Source: an uncultured Candidatus Saccharibacteria bacterium
GTDB lineage: Bacteria; Patescibacteriota; Saccharimonadia; Saccharimonadales; Saccharimonadaceae
Reading direction: 5' to 3'
DNA length: 64,000 bases
Assembly (NCBI GenBank): GCA_948648655.1
Contig: CAPKVJ010000004.1
Coordinates: forward strand, 4,832-68,831
Below, piece by piece: positions 37,156 to 48,800 of this stretch (positions are counted from its first letter, which is position 1; each line of letters opens with the position of its first letter). The notes beneath the pieces were generated by a model that saw only the letters and a list, made by a program, of their open reading frames with translations, was not told the DNA's origin and searched no databases. The translations under genes and the position numbers were made by a program.

Positions 37156-40152
37156 CTATAGGCCTAAAATCGACTTGAGATATTTGCCGGTCGGGGTTTT
37201 GCTGTTTTTGGCTAGCTGCTCGGGAGTGCCTTCGGCGACTATTTCGCCACCGTGCAGGCCACCTTCTGGCCCCATATCAATTATCCAGTCCGCCGTCTTG
37301 ATGACGTGGAGGTTGTGCTCGATGATAATCATAGAGTTCCCACCATCCACCAGCCTCCCAAGAATTTCCAATAAACGCTTCACGTCATCTGTGTGTAGTC
37401 CAGTGGTCGGTTCATCGAGAATATATAATGTCTTACCCGTGCTTCTGCGTGATAATTCGGTAGCAAGCTTAATTCTTTGGGCTTCACCACCAGAAAAAGT
37501 AGTTGCCGGCTGACCGAGTTTAATGTATCCCAGCCCAACCTCCTGAATGGTCTTTAATTTATTAGCAATTGCTGGGATATTGGCAAAAAATTCAACCGCT
37601 TCGTCAATCGTCATGTCGAGTACGTCAGCGATATCTTTGCCTTTGTATTTGATTTCAAGTGCTTCACGATTATAACGTTTGCCATGACAGGTTGGGCAAG
37701 TCACATAGACGTCTGGTAGAAAATGCATTTCAATTTTATTCACGCCGTCACCTTGACAATTCTCACAGCGTCCGCCTTTGACATTGAAACTAAAGCGTCC
37801 AGCTTTGTAGCCACGCAGCTCGGCTTCGGGCTGACCAGCGAAAAGTTCACGGATTTGGTTAAATACTCCGGTATAAGTCGCAGCGTTTGAACGGGGAGTA
37901 CGGCCAATTGGTGACTGGTCGATAACGATAGCCTTGTCAAGGAATTCAATACCATCAATTCGATCATGAGTACCAGGTACTGTTTGAGCACGATGCAAAC
38001 GAGCAAGAAGTTCGTTGGCCAAAATCTCATTTACAAGCGTGGATTTGCCACTACCAGAAACTCCCGAAACCACCGTCATAACACCCAGCGGAAAATGCAC
38101 GTCGATATTTTTTAGATTGTTCTCGCGTGCGCCGACGACGACTAATTCTTGACCTTTTTTGGGTTTGCGACGCTTCTTGGGAATTGGAATCTCAAGCTTG
38201 CCAGACAAATATTTACCTGTAATCGAATCGTCATTCTTGGCGACTTCATCTGGTGTGCCAGCAGCAATTAAATGTCCACCGTTTTTGCCGGCACCAGGCC
38301 CAATATCAATAATATAATCCGCTTCGCGCATAGTGTCTTCGTCGTGTTCGACGACTAGGACGGTGTTTTTGAGGTCACGCAGATGTTTGAGAGTAGAAAT
38401 TAGCTTGTCATTGTCACGTTGATGCAGACCAATGCTAGGCTCATCAAGCACATAAAGCACGCCCTGCAATCCAGAACCAATTTGAGTGGCGAGGCGGATG
38501 CGTTGTGCTTCCCCACCAGACAAGGTATTTGCTGCGCGACCAAGTTCGAGATAGCCAAGTCCGACGTCTTGCATAAATTGTACGCGTTCGTGAATCTCTT
38601 TTAGAATGGGCTCGGCAATCATAGCTTCGCTCTCGCTAAATTCTAGATCTTTTTGCAAAACTTCTAGAGTCGCATCGACATCGAGATTACACATATCAAC
38701 GATGTTTAGTCCATGCACGGTTACGGCTAGTACGGCTGGCTTCAGCCTCGCACCATGACAGGTTTGACATTCGTGAACGCGCATGAAACGTTCGATATCT
38801 TTTTTGACAAAGTCTGATTCGGACTCACGATGGCGGCGTTCGAGGGTCGGAATTACGCCCTCATAAGTGCTTTGATAAGTCGCACCGTCACCCCATTTCC
38901 CATGCCCACCGACATCAACTCTGTATTTTTCGTCACCAGTGCCATAGAGAATTTTTTGCAGAGCTTCTTCTGGTAGATCGCGAATTGGAGTATGGATTGA
39001 GAATCCTTGCTTTTTACCAACAGCATCGAGGCGTTTTAGCCACCACGATTCTTGATTGATGCGATTAAATGGACGGATCCCGCCTTCAGCAATAGTTAAA
39101 TTGGGATTCAAAATTAGATTTGGGTCAATTTCCATACGCGTACCGAGACCAGTACAAGTCGGGCAAGCACCCTGTGGAGCGTTGAAGCTAAACAAGCGTG
39201 GCTCGAGCTCGGGGATTAGCTCGTCGGGATGCAATTCGCAAGCGTAACGCTGGGAAAACGTGTAGAGCGTATTACCGGACTGGGTCCGCACTGGTTCCGT
39301 CGACACGGTGACACTCTCCGAATCGAGCCCTAACGGGCCGTGATTCGGACCCGCGTCAGCCAAGCTATCAGTGTCCCCCGAACCAGAGACAGACCCAGTC
39401 CGGTGATGCGCTTCTATCGTAGTGGAGTTGTCGTTAATTTTGAGTAACTTGATAATCCCCTGCCCGAGATCGAGAGCTTGCTCGATTGAACCAGAAATCC
39501 GACTTAGCAAGTCTGGCGAGAGAATGAAACGATCGACGACAATTTCGATATCATGGCGATCATTTTTGTTTAGATCTGGAAATTCGTCAAGTGCATAGAC
39601 AATACCATCAACGCGCACGCGCGAGAAGCCTTTGGCTTGGTATTGTTCGGAAATATGCATAAAACTGCCTTTTTTCTGGTTGACAATCGGAGCGAGGAGC
39701 ATCAGCTTGCTACCAAGCGGAAGCTTCATAACTTCGTCGACGATGTCTTCGACGCTGCGGCGGTGAACTTCACGGTGACAAATCGGGCAATGCGGGACGC
39801 CGACTCGCGCAAAGAGCAAACGCAAATAATCATAGACTTCGGTAACGGTCGCAACAGTCGAACGCGGATTGCGACTAGTAGATTTCTGATCAATCGAGAT
39901 CGCTGGACTTAACCCAGTAATACTATCAACATCTGGCTTATCCATAACGCCGAGAAACATTCGCGCGTAGCTAGAAAGGCTCTCGACGTAACGGCGTTGG
40001 CCTTCGGCATAAATCGTATCAAAGGCGAGGCTGGATTTCCCACTACCAGAGAGACCGGTGATAATTACAAGTTTGTCGCGCGGAATATCGACGTCGAGAT
40101 CCTTGAGATTGTGCTGGCGCGCGCCACGAACTTTGATGTAATTATCTTCCAT
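37156..40152 (-). CDS. uvrA: Excinuclease ABC subunit A (with ~51-aa insertion)
   Basis: [34 protein letters not shown], second ABC domain. Confidence 0.98.
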   Translation of the reverse strand: MEDNYIKVRGARQHNLKDLDVDIPRDKLVIITGLSGSGKSSLAFDTIYAEGQRRYVESLSSYARMFLGVMDKPDVDSITGLSPAISIDQKSTSRNPRSTVATVTEVYDYLRLLFARVGVPHCPICHREVHRRSVEDIVDEVMKLPLGSKLMLLAPIVNQKKGSFMHISEQYQAKGFSRVRVDGIVYALDEFPDLNKNDRHDIEIVVDRFILSPDLLSRISGSIEQALDLGQGIIKLLKINDNSTTIEAHHRTGSVSGSGDTDSLADAGPNHGPLGLDSESVTVSTEPVRTQSGNTLYTFSQRYACELHPDELIPELEPRLFSFNAPQGACPTCTGLGTRMEIDPNLILNPNLTIAEGGIRPFNRINQESWWLKRLDAVGKKQGFSIHTPIRDLPEEALQKILYGTGDEKYRVDVGGHGKWGDGATYQSTYEGVIPTLERRHRESESDFVKKDIERFMRVHECQTCHGARLKPAVLAVTVHGLNIVDMCNLDVDATLEVLQKDLEFSESEAMIAEPILKEIHERVQFMQDVGLGYLELGRAANTLSGGEAQRIRLATQIGSGLQGVLYVLDEPSIGLHQRDNDKLISTLKHLRDLKNTVLVVEHDEDTMREADYIIDIGPGAGKNGGHLIAAGTPDEVAKNDDSITGKYLSGKLEIPIPKKRRKPKKGQELVVVGARENNLKNIDVHFPLGVMTVVSGVSGSGKSTLVNEILANELLARLHRAQTVPGTHDRIDGIEFLDKAIVIDQSPIGRTPRSNAATYTGVFNQIRELFAGQPEAELRGYKAGRFSFNVKGGRCENCQGDGVNKIEMHFLPDVYVTCPTCHGKRYNREALEIKYKGKDIADVLDMTIDEAVEFFANIPAIANKLKTIQEVGLGYIKLGQPATTFSGGEAQRIKLATELSRRSTGKTLYILDEPTTGLHTDDVKRLLEILGRLVDGGNSMIIIEHNLHVIKTADWIIDMGPEGGLHGGEIVAEGTPEQLAKNSKTPTGKYLKSILGL
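39263..39416. repeat. Palindromic element inserted in frame in uvrA
   Basis: Terminal IR with perfect core ACCGGACTGGGTC/GACCCAGTCCGGT plus nested IRs. Confidence 0.8.
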
Positions 40153-40170
40153 TGCGCTATATATTATACA

Positions 40171-41628
40171 TCAATAATCTTCTGGCTGCAAGCTCTCGTA
40201 CCAGAGCATCAGTTCTTCGGCGAGATAGGCACAATCTTCGACGGACTTTCCAGCCCACGCTTTGTCATTAGTAAGGTCTTTTTGGATATCTTGTAGCTCC
40301 TTGAGAAACTTCGGAGCCTGACGATTTAGGCGTGCGAGGCGATAGTTTTCCCATTTTTCGACTTCGTCGGCAGCGAGGCTAGTAGGATAGTTTTTTGCCT
40401 TGTAATGCAAAAGTAGCTCCGGTAGACGCTCGTCCTGGAAATCAGGGTGGAAGTCCGCCAAATCGTCCGCACCATTGTTACGAACTACATTACAAAGACG
40501 CCGGTCGTGGTCGTTCAAAAACCCATCGTAGAGGGCAGCTTCAACATCGACTGCGGGCGGGAATTCTGGACGCTCTTCCTGTAATTTTATAATACGCTCA
40601 ATGAACTCCGGATGAGCCAATAAAGCCTCAAGGTTACGATCAATTTGCTTGCGTGTAAGTCCGATCTTTTCCCAGCCATCATCTTTATCTAGGACTCCCA
40701 GTGGGGCGACGGCTGGGCAATGATTGTACTGTAAAGTTTTGACGATAGGAAAGAAGTCAATCTTCACTTTATCGGGATGTGCTTTCTGCCAGCGTGAACC
40801 AAATTTTTCGATATAGGTTCCGTCGGCTTCGGCAGCAAGAAGCTCATCGAGATTATAGCGCAAATCAAACACTAGGACATTGTCGTTGCGACCAGCATGA
40901 ATAGGATAGGCGACAGTAGTCTTCTCAAATTCGGCAGGATATCGACCAGAGGCATAGACAAATGGTTGAGGGTGTTCCAAGTTTACGAGCCGTCCGACCC
41001 CACGTTTCCCACGCAAACTATACAAAAAATCAAATAATTGCGGCTGCTTCTGTTTGATTAGCTTCGTGACTTCAACCAGAGCGATAACATCCGCCAAAGC
41101 ATCGTGGGCATGTTCGTGCTCAATATGGTTAAGTTTCGTCAATAATTCTAGTCGGTTCGTCGGGCGACCTTCGGGTGTAAACGGCCATTCAATCCCTTCG
41201 GGGCGCAAAGCTCGCGTCAGTCGCACGACATCTAGCAAATCCCATCGACTGCGACCATCTTGCCACTGCCAAGCATAAGGATCATAAAAATTACGCCAAA
41301 GCGTATGGCGCATAAATTCATCATCGAAACGTACGGAATTATAGCCCATAATCGTCGTACTTGGCGTGGCGACTTTTTCAATAAAAAATTGACAAAACTC
41401 GCGCTCAGTCATGCCATCTTGCCGTGTTGCTTGCGGAGTAATACCAGTGACCATAATCGCAGCAGGGCTAGGTAAAGTATCATTTGAAAGCTCAACGAGG
41501 ATATTGTCCGGTTCGCCGATGGGATTAAAGTCGGTATCGGTACGTTGCCCAGCAAACTGCATGATACGATCATTTCTCGGATTTAAGCCTGACGTCTCGA
41601 GGTCATAAAAATAAAAACTTTCTTGCAT
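40171..41628 (-). CDS. sbcB: Exodeoxyribonuclease I
   Basis: FYDLETSG, QFAGQRTD, GYNSVRFDDE, HAHDALADV. Confidence 0.93.
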   Translation of the reverse strand: MQESFYFYDLETSGLNPRNDRIMQFAGQRTDTDFNPIGEPDNILVELSNDTLPSPAAIMVTGITPQATRQDGMTEREFCQFFIEKVATPSTTIMGYNSVRFDDEFMRHTLWRNFYDPYAWQWQDGRSRWDLLDVVRLTRALRPEGIEWPFTPEGRPTNRLELLTKLNHIEHEHAHDALADVIALVEVTKLIKQKQPQLFDFLYSLRGKRGVGRLVNLEHPQPFVYASGRYPAEFEKTTVAYPIHAGRNDNVLVFDLRYNLDELLAAEADGTYIEKFGSRWQKAHPDKVKIDFFPIVKTLQYNHCPAVAPLGVLDKDDGWEKIGLTRKQIDRNLEALLAHPEFIERIIKLQEERPEFPPAVDVEAALYDGFLNDHDRRLCNVVRNNGADDLADFHPDFQDERLPELLLHYKAKNYPTSLAADEVEKWENYRLARLNRQAPKFLKELQDIQKDLTNDKAWAGKSVEDCAYLAEELMLWYESLQPEDY

Positions 41629-41698
41629 ATAGTTTAACTATACCATAAGATATGGCAAAAGCCCTATTGCGTAATATGCAATAGGGCCCTAATGTACA

Positions 41699-42370
41699 TT
41701 AGGCATTCCCCGTCTTGAGGAATCTTGCCGATCCCACCGAGACCTTGCCGTCCACAATGGACAGTTGTAGCACGCAGCCGTCATCGTTGGCGAGTGCCTC
41801 GAGCTCGGGATTGAGGTCAAATATTACCTCGATTTGTTTCCGAATGCTCTCGTCCTCAGTCTCGTCCAGTAATTTCTCAACCGCAGTTCTGTTGTCCTTA
41901 CCGGAATCATCCTGTTTTTCTGTAGTTATAGCTACAATATCACGATCTTCAGGAGTTTCTTCTGGTAGGATTGCGGCCGCTGTGGATTTGGCCGCTTCAG
42001 CCTCACGCTCAAGTCGTTCGACTAATTCGCACATCTCTGGGTCGATTTCCGGCCAAGCATATTTTTCCCGGCGGTAATCTATAAGTGATACTACCTTCCT
42101 ACTTTTATATGCTTGGCGACGCAGGGCAATAGCTCGATCACATCGAGCCGCTTTGCGTTCGCTGGCGTTAAGGTGAAAAATGCGTTCCTCAAAGAGTACA
42201 TCAGCAATATCCTCTCCTGTAAGAACCGCTCGGCCATCTTCGCCTACTGGAAGACGAAGGCGATAACAGTGATGCCCTTCTGCTGAAGTTTGCATCACGA
42301 AGTGACTCAGCCTTTCCCTTATATCATTAATGACGTAAGAGAAGACTGTGGTGTTATGATATAGACTCAT
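41699..42370 (-). CDS. Hypothetical protein
   Basis: AGGAGGAGG SD; consensus promoter at 42440-42470; terminator-like hairpin downstream. Confidence 0.7.
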   Translation of the reverse strand: MSLYHNTTVFSYVINDIRERLSHFVMQTSAEGHHCYRLRLPVGEDGRAVLTGEDIADVLFEERIFHLNASERKAARCDRAIALRRQAYKSRKVVSLIDYRREKYAWPEIDPEMCELVERLEREAEAAKSTAAAILPEETPEDRDIVAITTEKQDDSGKDNRTAVEKLLDETEDESIRKQIEVIFDLNPELEALANDDGCVLQLSIVDGKVSVGSARFLKTGNA

Positions 42371-42464
42371 AGCCCTCCTCCTTTCGTCTATAATACATAT
42401 TTACATAGAGATAATGCCTAAAATTACCTCTATCTCTCCATTATAGCACACTTTGATATAAAAG

Positions 42465-43310
42465 TCAATATTTGAGCCGCTTGATAATCTCAACGGCAGC
42501 TGAAGCACCTTCACCAGCCGCTGTGACAACTTGTCGTACGCTACCAGAACGAACATCGCCAGCCGCGAATAGTCCCGGAATAGCTGTCTGATATTCGAAT
42601 TCGGAATCTATGCCCGTGATAATGTAGCCATCGGAATCTAGCACTTCTAGTGATAAGTCCTCGAGAAATTTCGTCGCAGGACGCTTACCAATGAAGACAA
42701 AAACATGTTCAAACTGATTTAATGTCTCTGCGTCTGGCTCGATTCCCTCTTGTATTTTGCAATTTTTACAATCATGAAGACACTTTTGCAAATGTTGGTC
42801 AGCTTTGACCGGAGAGTGGCTGATCACCGTCAAGCTCTTGGTGCGAGGAGCGAGCACGAGGGCTTCTTGAATCGCAGAATTACCACCACCAATTACAGCA
42901 ACATCTTTGCCCTCGACTAGGTCAATGTCACAAAGCGCACAATATGATACCGGAGGTTTGATTTCAAACTCCAACCGACGAGGCTCGGAGCCAGTCGCAA
43001 CTAGGACATTATGCGCTAATACTGGCTCGCCATCAACGATAAGCTCAAAACCATCATCTAGCTTTTTGATACTGGTGCACTCACCATAGTCGACTTCTGC
43101 ACCGACAGCTTCGGCTTGGTGGCGCATGACTTCGGCTAAATCTTTACCTGCGCCATCGTAACCTGGATAATTAGCAATGTGTGCGATCAGTGCTAATTCT
43201 CCACCGATTTCACCACGTTCAAAGACTTTTACCTTGACTCCAGCGCGAGCGGCATAGAGCGCAGCCGTGAGTGCTGCTGGTCCTCCACCGATAATTACCA
43301 AGTCCCACAT
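42465..43310 (-). CDS. trxB: Thioredoxin reductase
   Basis: IIGGGPAALTAALY, SYCALCD, GGGNSA, FAAGDV. Confidence 0.9.
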   Translation of the reverse strand: MWDLVIIGGGPAALTAALYAARAGVKVKVFERGEIGGELALIAHIANYPGYDGAGKDLAEVMRHQAEAVGAEVDYGECTSIKKLDDGFELIVDGEPVLAHNVLVATGSEPRRLEFEIKPPVSYCALCDIDLVEGKDVAVIGGGNSAIQEALVLAPRTKSLTVISHSPVKADQHLQKCLHDCKNCKIQEGIEPDAETLNQFEHVFVFIGKRPATKFLEDLSLEVLDSDGYIITGIDSEFEYQTAIPGLFAAGDVRSGSVRQVVTAAGEGASAAVEIIKRLKY

Positions 43311-43319
43311 TTCTATTTC

Positions 43320-44027
43320 CTAGTTACTCATATTGCCATAGTAGGCGTAGTACAACTGAAGATAAATTGCATTTAATTCTTCATTAATCTCGGCAATCTT
43401 CTTATCCGTCTCGACCGCAAGGATGATAAACTTCAATGGTGATCCAGTAGTACCACAAATTTCTTGAGAATCACCATAGGCTAAATCGCCAGACATCTCA
43501 ACTTGGCGTACGCCACCGAGCTTCATGCCAATGACACCTTGATTCCAACCTTCGATCAAACCTACGCTAGGATCAAGTGGAGCTTTGAGGCTGGTAGGGT
43601 TCTCATTGTCATTAAGCGAAGAATCAAAAATGTCACCATTTGGACACCAGCCGATGTAGTATGCCGAGTAGTCGGTGTCGTTTTCGGACAAAGTCCTGCC
43701 TGTGCCTTCCTTCAAATCTTTGGTTGATAGACCTTCTCCATTTACGGTTTCAGCATTGTAGGCTTTGACATTGGATTTGTATTTTACGAAGTCGCTAAAA
43801 TACTTGTCCGATAACGGCTTGGCGGCTTCTTCAAGCTCGACGGTCTTGGCGTCATATTCTTCGGTGAGCTTGGCAATTTCTTCATCGCTGCTCGCAGTAT
43901 TGGAGCTGCTATTGCCATTTAAAACAATCAGAACATAAGTCAAAACTGTCGCCGCAAGTAGCAAAACTGCAATAACTATAATAACGATGCGTTGTTTCCA
44001 GCTGGTTTTTAGGGCCTTTTCTTCCAT
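43320..44027 (-). CDS. Membrane-anchored FKBP-type peptidyl-prolyl isomerase
   Basis: DLKEGTG, FDSS, LIEGWNQGVIGMKLGGVR, LAYG. Confidence 0.85.
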   Translation of the reverse strand: MEEKALKTSWKQRIVIIVIAVLLLAATVLTYVLIVLNGNSSSNTASSDEEIAKLTEEYDAKTVELEEAAKPLSDKYFSDFVKYKSNVKAYNAETVNGEGLSTKDLKEGTGRTLSENDTDYSAYYIGWCPNGDIFDSSLNDNENPTSLKAPLDPSVGLIEGWNQGVIGMKLGGVRQVEMSGDLAYGDSQEICGTTGSPLKFIILAVETDKKIAEINEELNAIYLQLYYAYYGNMSN

Positions 44028-44036
44028 TTTCCTCCT

Positions 44037-46481
44037 TTAGATTGCCTCGCCACCGGCTTCGGCAGCTACGGCAATAATTCTATTCATTATATCAGCGATT
44101 TCTTCAGAATTCAAAGTTTTTTGCGGATCCGAGAATTTGATGCGGAAAGAGAGGTTTTTGCGCGATGTATCGTCGTCTTGATATATTGAGACTGGTGTTA
44201 GCGAGTAGATTAATCCCTGTTTATCTAGAAAATCCGCCAATGCTTGATCAATGCGACCAAATGGGGTCTCGGAGTCCACCCGCAAAGTAATATCACGCTC
44301 GACAAATGGAAAACGCGACAATTTGAGATCAACTTTGAGACTGCGTGGGGCCTCAACGAGTTTGTCCAGAGAAAGTTCAAGGGCTGAAATTGGTTGCTGG
44401 AGCTTAAAATTCTCTAACACCGAGACTTTAACTTCGCCAAAGGCGCCAACGACCTGACCAGCAACGATGACTTCTACCGAACGTTTTGGCTCAAGATAGG
44501 GGTGATGTGAGGCGACTGTAGGCGAAATAGCAATATACTCAACTGGAAGTTTTAGCTGATTGAAAAGTGCTAATACTTTTGCTTTTAGATCGTAATAATC
44601 ACCAAGATTTACAATTCCAAGATGCATTTTGGTGATTGGCGTATGATCATCATTCAGACCAGAAGATTTGCGGGCAATCTGATTCATTTCGTAAAGACAG
44701 AAATTATGATGGCCGGATTTGATGTTTTCGCGTACTTTATCTAGCAGGCTGGGTACTATTTCTGGTCGGAAACATTGCAATTCGGGCGAAATTGAGTTGG
44801 TAATTTCATAGCAATCATCGGGATCACGATTGACTTTTTCTATGAGTGCTCGGCTAACAAAAGAATAAGTTAAGAGCTCATTCATGGCTAATTGATCCGA
44901 CAAGATGCTACGAAGCTCGTCTTTTAATTTGATCAGTGGGTCAATTTCAGCTTCTAGGAATGGTCGATTCGGTAAAACCAACGGAATATTGTCATACCCC
45001 AACAAACGTCCGACTTCTTCAATGATGTCTTCTGGAATATGAATGTCAGTACGCCAAGCAGGAGAGGTTATTTCTAGATGAGCATCACACGGAACTTTGA
45101 CTTTGAAGCCGACATTTTCCAATGTAGTAGCAATCGTATCCGCATCGTAATCAGTACCGAGCAAACTATTGATTCTTTCTGTTGTGATTTTTACAACAGT
45201 TACTTTTTCCTCGCCTGGATAATCGTCGGCAAACGCCAATACATCGACTCCCAGTCGCCGAATAGCTTCTTCGAGAACTGGCATAGTCATAGCGGTCGGC
45301 TGTCCTTTGGTGAACCGTGTAATCGCTTCAGAGAAGATCCCGTGCGCCATTTGGGTTTTGCGTAAATTATATAGTGAGAAAGTTGCGCTCTCGAGAACAA
45401 CGCGTTTTGTGCTGGCGTCGATTTCGGTATTTTTCCCACCCATTGCTCCAGCTAATGCTACTGGAACATTATTAGATGTAATCAAAATGTCATCAGTAAT
45501 GCACTTGATAGTTTTGCCGTCAAGCAGTTGCAGCTCTTCGCCGTCTTCTGCTGCGCGAACAATTATCTTTGGAGTTTTGCTACCGCCAACAGCCACAAGT
45601 TTGTCGTAATCAAAAGCGTGGAGCGGCTGACCGGTCTCAAGCATAATCATATTCGTCAAATCAACCATTGGATCAATCGCACGCATACCAGATTTGGCAA
45701 GGAAAACGGCGGATTTGGTCAAATATTTGCTGGGCTGATTGTCCTTCAAATCAAAAACGGCACAAGAATAACGCGGGCATAGTACTGAATCCTGGATTTT
45801 GACTTCTAGGGGTAAGTCAGAAATACTTTTTAGGCTCTCACTATGTGCAAAAGCTTCTGGTTCTACAAACTTAATGCCTAATATGCCAGCAACCTCACGC
45901 GCAAAGCCGATGATACCAAAACAGTCTGGGCGGTGAGTTAGTGATTTATTTTCGACGTCAAGAATAATGTCGTTAAGCCCAAAAATCTCTGCAAAGTCGT
46001 CACCAGGCTGGGCAAATTTAGGATCGATTTCGGCGATAGACTTGTGCTCATTATCTAGGCCGAGTTCGTCAGCTCCAGCTAGCATACCATTTGACTCATA
46101 TCCCCGTAACTTACGCACAGTTAATTTAAAATTCTCATTACCGTAAGTTTCGGGGACGATCGCTCCTGGTGTAATCCAGACTGCTAGCATACCAGCATAG
46201 ACATTTGGCGCGCCACAGACTACCTGCACAAGACCATTCTCGAGCTGATTAAAATCTTGGTTATGAATACCGGCATCAATCTGACAAAGGTGAAGGTGGG
46301 TATCGGGTATCGGTTCGCAACTCACAACTTTAGCAATGTAAATCCCTTGATAACGTGGGGTCAGGTCGATGACTTCTTCGATTTCTACCAAACGCGACCC
46401 AATTAGTGAAATAAGTTCTGCGTCCGTAATCCCGTCTGGGATTTGGACATACTCTTTAACTTTATTTAACGAAATACGCAT
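44037..46481 (-). CDS. pheT: Phenylalanine-tRNA ligase beta subunit
   Basis: VVCGAPN, HRPDCF, GQPLHAFD, RTDI..EDIIEEVGR, FDX-ACB ERDI. Confidence 0.96.
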   Translation of the reverse strand: MRISLNKVKEYVQIPDGITDAELISLIGSRLVEIEEVIDLTPRYQGIYIAKVVSCEPIPDTHLHLCQIDAGIHNQDFNQLENGLVQVVCGAPNVYAGMLAVWITPGAIVPETYGNENFKLTVRKLRGYESNGMLAGADELGLDNEHKSIAEIDPKFAQPGDDFAEIFGLNDIILDVENKSLTHRPDCFGIIGFAREVAGILGIKFVEPEAFAHSESLKSISDLPLEVKIQDSVLCPRYSCAVFDLKDNQPSKYLTKSAVFLAKSGMRAIDPMVDLTNMIMLETGQPLHAFDYDKLVAVGGSKTPKIIVRAAEDGEELQLLDGKTIKCITDDILITSNNVPVALAGAMGGKNTEIDASTKRVVLESATFSLYNLRKTQMAHGIFSEAITRFTKGQPTAMTMPVLEEAIRRLGVDVLAFADDYPGEEKVTVVKITTERINSLLGTDYDADTIATTLENVGFKVKVPCDAHLEITSPAWRTDIHIPEDIIEEVGRLLGYDNIPLVLPNRPFLEAEIDPLIKLKDELRSILSDQLAMNELLTYSFVSRALIEKVNRDPDDCYEITNSISPELQCFRPEIVPSLLDKVRENIKSGHHNFCLYEMNQIARKSSGLNDDHTPITKMHLGIVNLGDYYDLKAKVLALFNQLKLPVEYIAISPTVASHHPYLEPKRSVEVIVAGQVVGAFGEVKVSVLENFKLQQPISALELSLDKLVEAPRSLKVDLKLSRFPFVERDITLRVDSETPFGRIDQALADFLDKQGLIYSLTPVSIYQDDDTSRKNLSFRIKFSDPQKTLNSEEIADIMNRIIAVAAEAGGEAI

Positions 46482-47423
46482 CTAAAATTCCTCCAAAAAG
46501 TCAAGTTTGCCAGATTCAAAATAACGCACATCACCAAGCCCATATTTTAACATCGCAAGGCGATCAATGCCTCCACCCCAAGCGAATCCGCTGTAGGTTT
46601 CTGGATTGATACCGGCAGCCTTGAGGACATTAGGATGAATCATGCCGCAACCGCCCATTTCAAGCCAACCTTTTCCGCCAAGCGAAGCGGGTTTTTCAAT
46701 CAAAAATTCGGCTGATGGCTCGGTAAATGGGAAGTAGCCTGGTTGAGTCTTAAGATTAAGCTTTTGACCGTAATAGGACTCAAAGAAATGTTTCAAAATA
46801 CCGAAAAGCTGGCCCATATTGGCATCTTTGGATACAAATACGCCTTCACACTGATAAAAGGTATGTTCGTGAGTAGCATCGGCGTCTTCATTGCGAAAGA
46901 CGCGGCCAGGTATGGCGACAGCGATCTTTCCGCCGTCCGCAAGGCGATGCTGGTATTTTTTGAGTGCGCGATGTTGCATAGTAGAAGTGTGCGCAGGCGG
47001 GATAAACCCCTCACTAGTGCGAAAGGTGTCATAACCATCGCGAGCAGGATGTTCTTTGGGGAAATTCAAGCTGTCAAACATATGAAATTCATCATCAAGC
47101 TGACGCGATTCCATAATATCAAATCCCATTTCCGAGTAAATACTGATTACGCGCTCTAGCTCTGTCATCAGTGGATGTTTTGAACCACGTTTAATTGTGG
47201 GAATAGGCTGGTTAGGAGCGCAAGGCGCAGAGACGTCGATTGGAGTGATTTTTTCATTTTTTTCTGCCGCTTCGGCTGCAGCGATAGCAGAAAGGATTTG
47301 TTGTTTCTGGGCATTCAAATCACGCCCAAACTCTCCTCTTTGTTCTGGCGGTAAAGTTTTGATTTTGGCGTACTCAGAGTTTAGACCCTTGAGCTTTTCT
47401 CGCAATTTCTCTATTTCGGACAT
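46482..47423 (-). CDS. pheS: Phenylalanine-tRNA ligase alpha subunit
   Basis: HPARDGYDTF, GRVFR, YFPFTEPSAE, GFAWGGGIDRLAM. Confidence 0.96.
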   Translation of the reverse strand: MSEIEKLREKLKGLNSEYAKIKTLPPEQRGEFGRDLNAQKQQILSAIAAAEAAEKNEKITPIDVSAPCAPNQPIPTIKRGSKHPLMTELERVISIYSEMGFDIMESRQLDDEFHMFDSLNFPKEHPARDGYDTFRTSEGFIPPAHTSTMQHRALKKYQHRLADGGKIAVAIPGRVFRNEDADATHEHTFYQCEGVFVSKDANMGQLFGILKHFFESYYGQKLNLKTQPGYFPFTEPSAEFLIEKPASLGGKGWLEMGGCGMIHPNVLKAAGINPETYSGFAWGGGIDRLAMLKYGLGDVRYFESGKLDFLEEF

Positions 47424-47489
47424 ATATATATTATAGCATAGGACTTCGCCCGAGAGATAATTGCATCGTGATTCAGGATAGATTTCGCG

Positions 47490-47711
47490 CTAGATAAAGA
47501 AAATTCCGATAAGCGAAAGGATGGCGAGGACAATCAAGACAATCCAAACCCACGTGAATTTATTGGTTTTTTGAGTGTCTTTAGAATAATCAGAGGTATC
47601 AGCATCTTCCAAGTCACGACGAGACTGCTGGGCGCGTGCGCGCAAATCGGCAGAAATACGGCGGTTGATTTCTGTATTATCATTAGTGTCTTTGGTCATC
47701 ATGATACCCAT
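47490..47711 (-). CDS. Small protein with C-terminal TM helix
   Basis: AAAGGA SD; C-terminal hydrophobic helix. Confidence 0.65.
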   Translation of the reverse strand: MGIMMTKDTNDNTEINRRISADLRARAQQSRRDLEDADTSDYSKDTQKTNKFTWVWIVLIVLAILSLIGIFFI

Positions 47712-47810
47712 AACTTATCCTTTACTTTTACCTTGCGCTTATTTTTACTTCCCAATTGTAACATAGGTGTGATATAATGCGAAGGAATATTAGTGTTAAG
47801 GAGGTTATAA

Positions 47811-48713
47811 ATGGCAAATCAAAAGCCAAAGAAGACAACCGCAAAGAAGTCTTCAAATAAACCAGAGAACAAGAAGGAAGTTGTTGCAACGCCAGCCGCC
47901 AAGACCGACAGCGTTAAACCTTCTTCTAAAGGTTTCTTCGCACGCAAGTGTGATGCAAACGAAAATATTTTAACAATCTTTAAATCGAGCAAAATTTGGG
48001 GCGCATTGGTCGGCGAGCTAGTCGGTACGATGTTGGTAGTTATGTTACTACTGACACTGGGCGTACAACCGCTCTACTTGATTTTTGCAATTATCGGTGT
48101 TTATATCGCGATTGTGGGAATTTCTGGTGCCAATTTGAATCCGTTAGTGACCGTTGGTATGATGGCAACGCGTCGTATGTCGGCTATTCGTGGCGTGCTT
48201 TATATCCTAGCGCAGGTATTGGGTGCTTGGATCGGATTGATTATCGTTAATGCTTTCCGACTAGGTAGCGGTACTGCTTCCGAACTGCCGATGATGGCCG
48301 AGATTAGTGGCGATGTCTTTTGGACAGTAGCACTAGTTGAGCTATTAGGTGCTATCGTGATTGCTTTCTGCTATGCACGTGGACTACGTTTTGCACGCAA
48401 GAGTCCAGTTACTTTTGCGCTCGCCGTTACTAGTGGTATGACGCTTGCAATTATCTTCGGGATTGTGATTACACAGAGCTTCTTTGGTTTGATGGATAGC
48501 TTTATCTTCAACCCAGCGGCTGCTTTGATGTATCAGATTTTGCCAACAACGGCAGAAAACTTTGGCGAATTGGCCGGTCTAGCTGGCTTGGCCCTACTAG
48601 CTTACGTCATTGTTCCGATGATCGGCGGAGTGATCGGGTTCTTCATCTCGGATATTGCTACAAAGCTGTCTGCCGGTGGCTACAGCTGCGACGATTACGA
48701 TTGCGAGGAATAA
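47811..48713 (+). CDS. MIP/aquaporin family channel
   Basis: GELVGT, ISGANLNPL, FNPAA; six or more TMs. Confidence 0.8.
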   Translation: MANQKPKKTTAKKSSNKPENKKEVVATPAAKTDSVKPSSKGFFARKCDANENILTIFKSSKIWGALVGELVGTMLVVMLLLTLGVQPLYLIFAIIGVYIAIVGISGANLNPLVTVGMMATRRMSAIRGVLYILAQVLGAWIGLIIVNAFRLGSGTASELPMMAEISGDVFWTVALVELLGAIVIAFCYARGLRFARKSPVTFALAVTSGMTLAIIFGIVITQSFFGLMDSFIFNPAAALMYQILPTTAENFGELAGLAGLALLAYVIVPMIGGVIGFFISDIATKLSAGGYSCDDYDCEE

Positions 48714-48800
48714 AACTCTACGCAAGCAATAATTTGTGGAATAGTGTCTCGACGAGAGGCACTATTTTTATGAATCACGGTATGCTATAATATTTATGTT

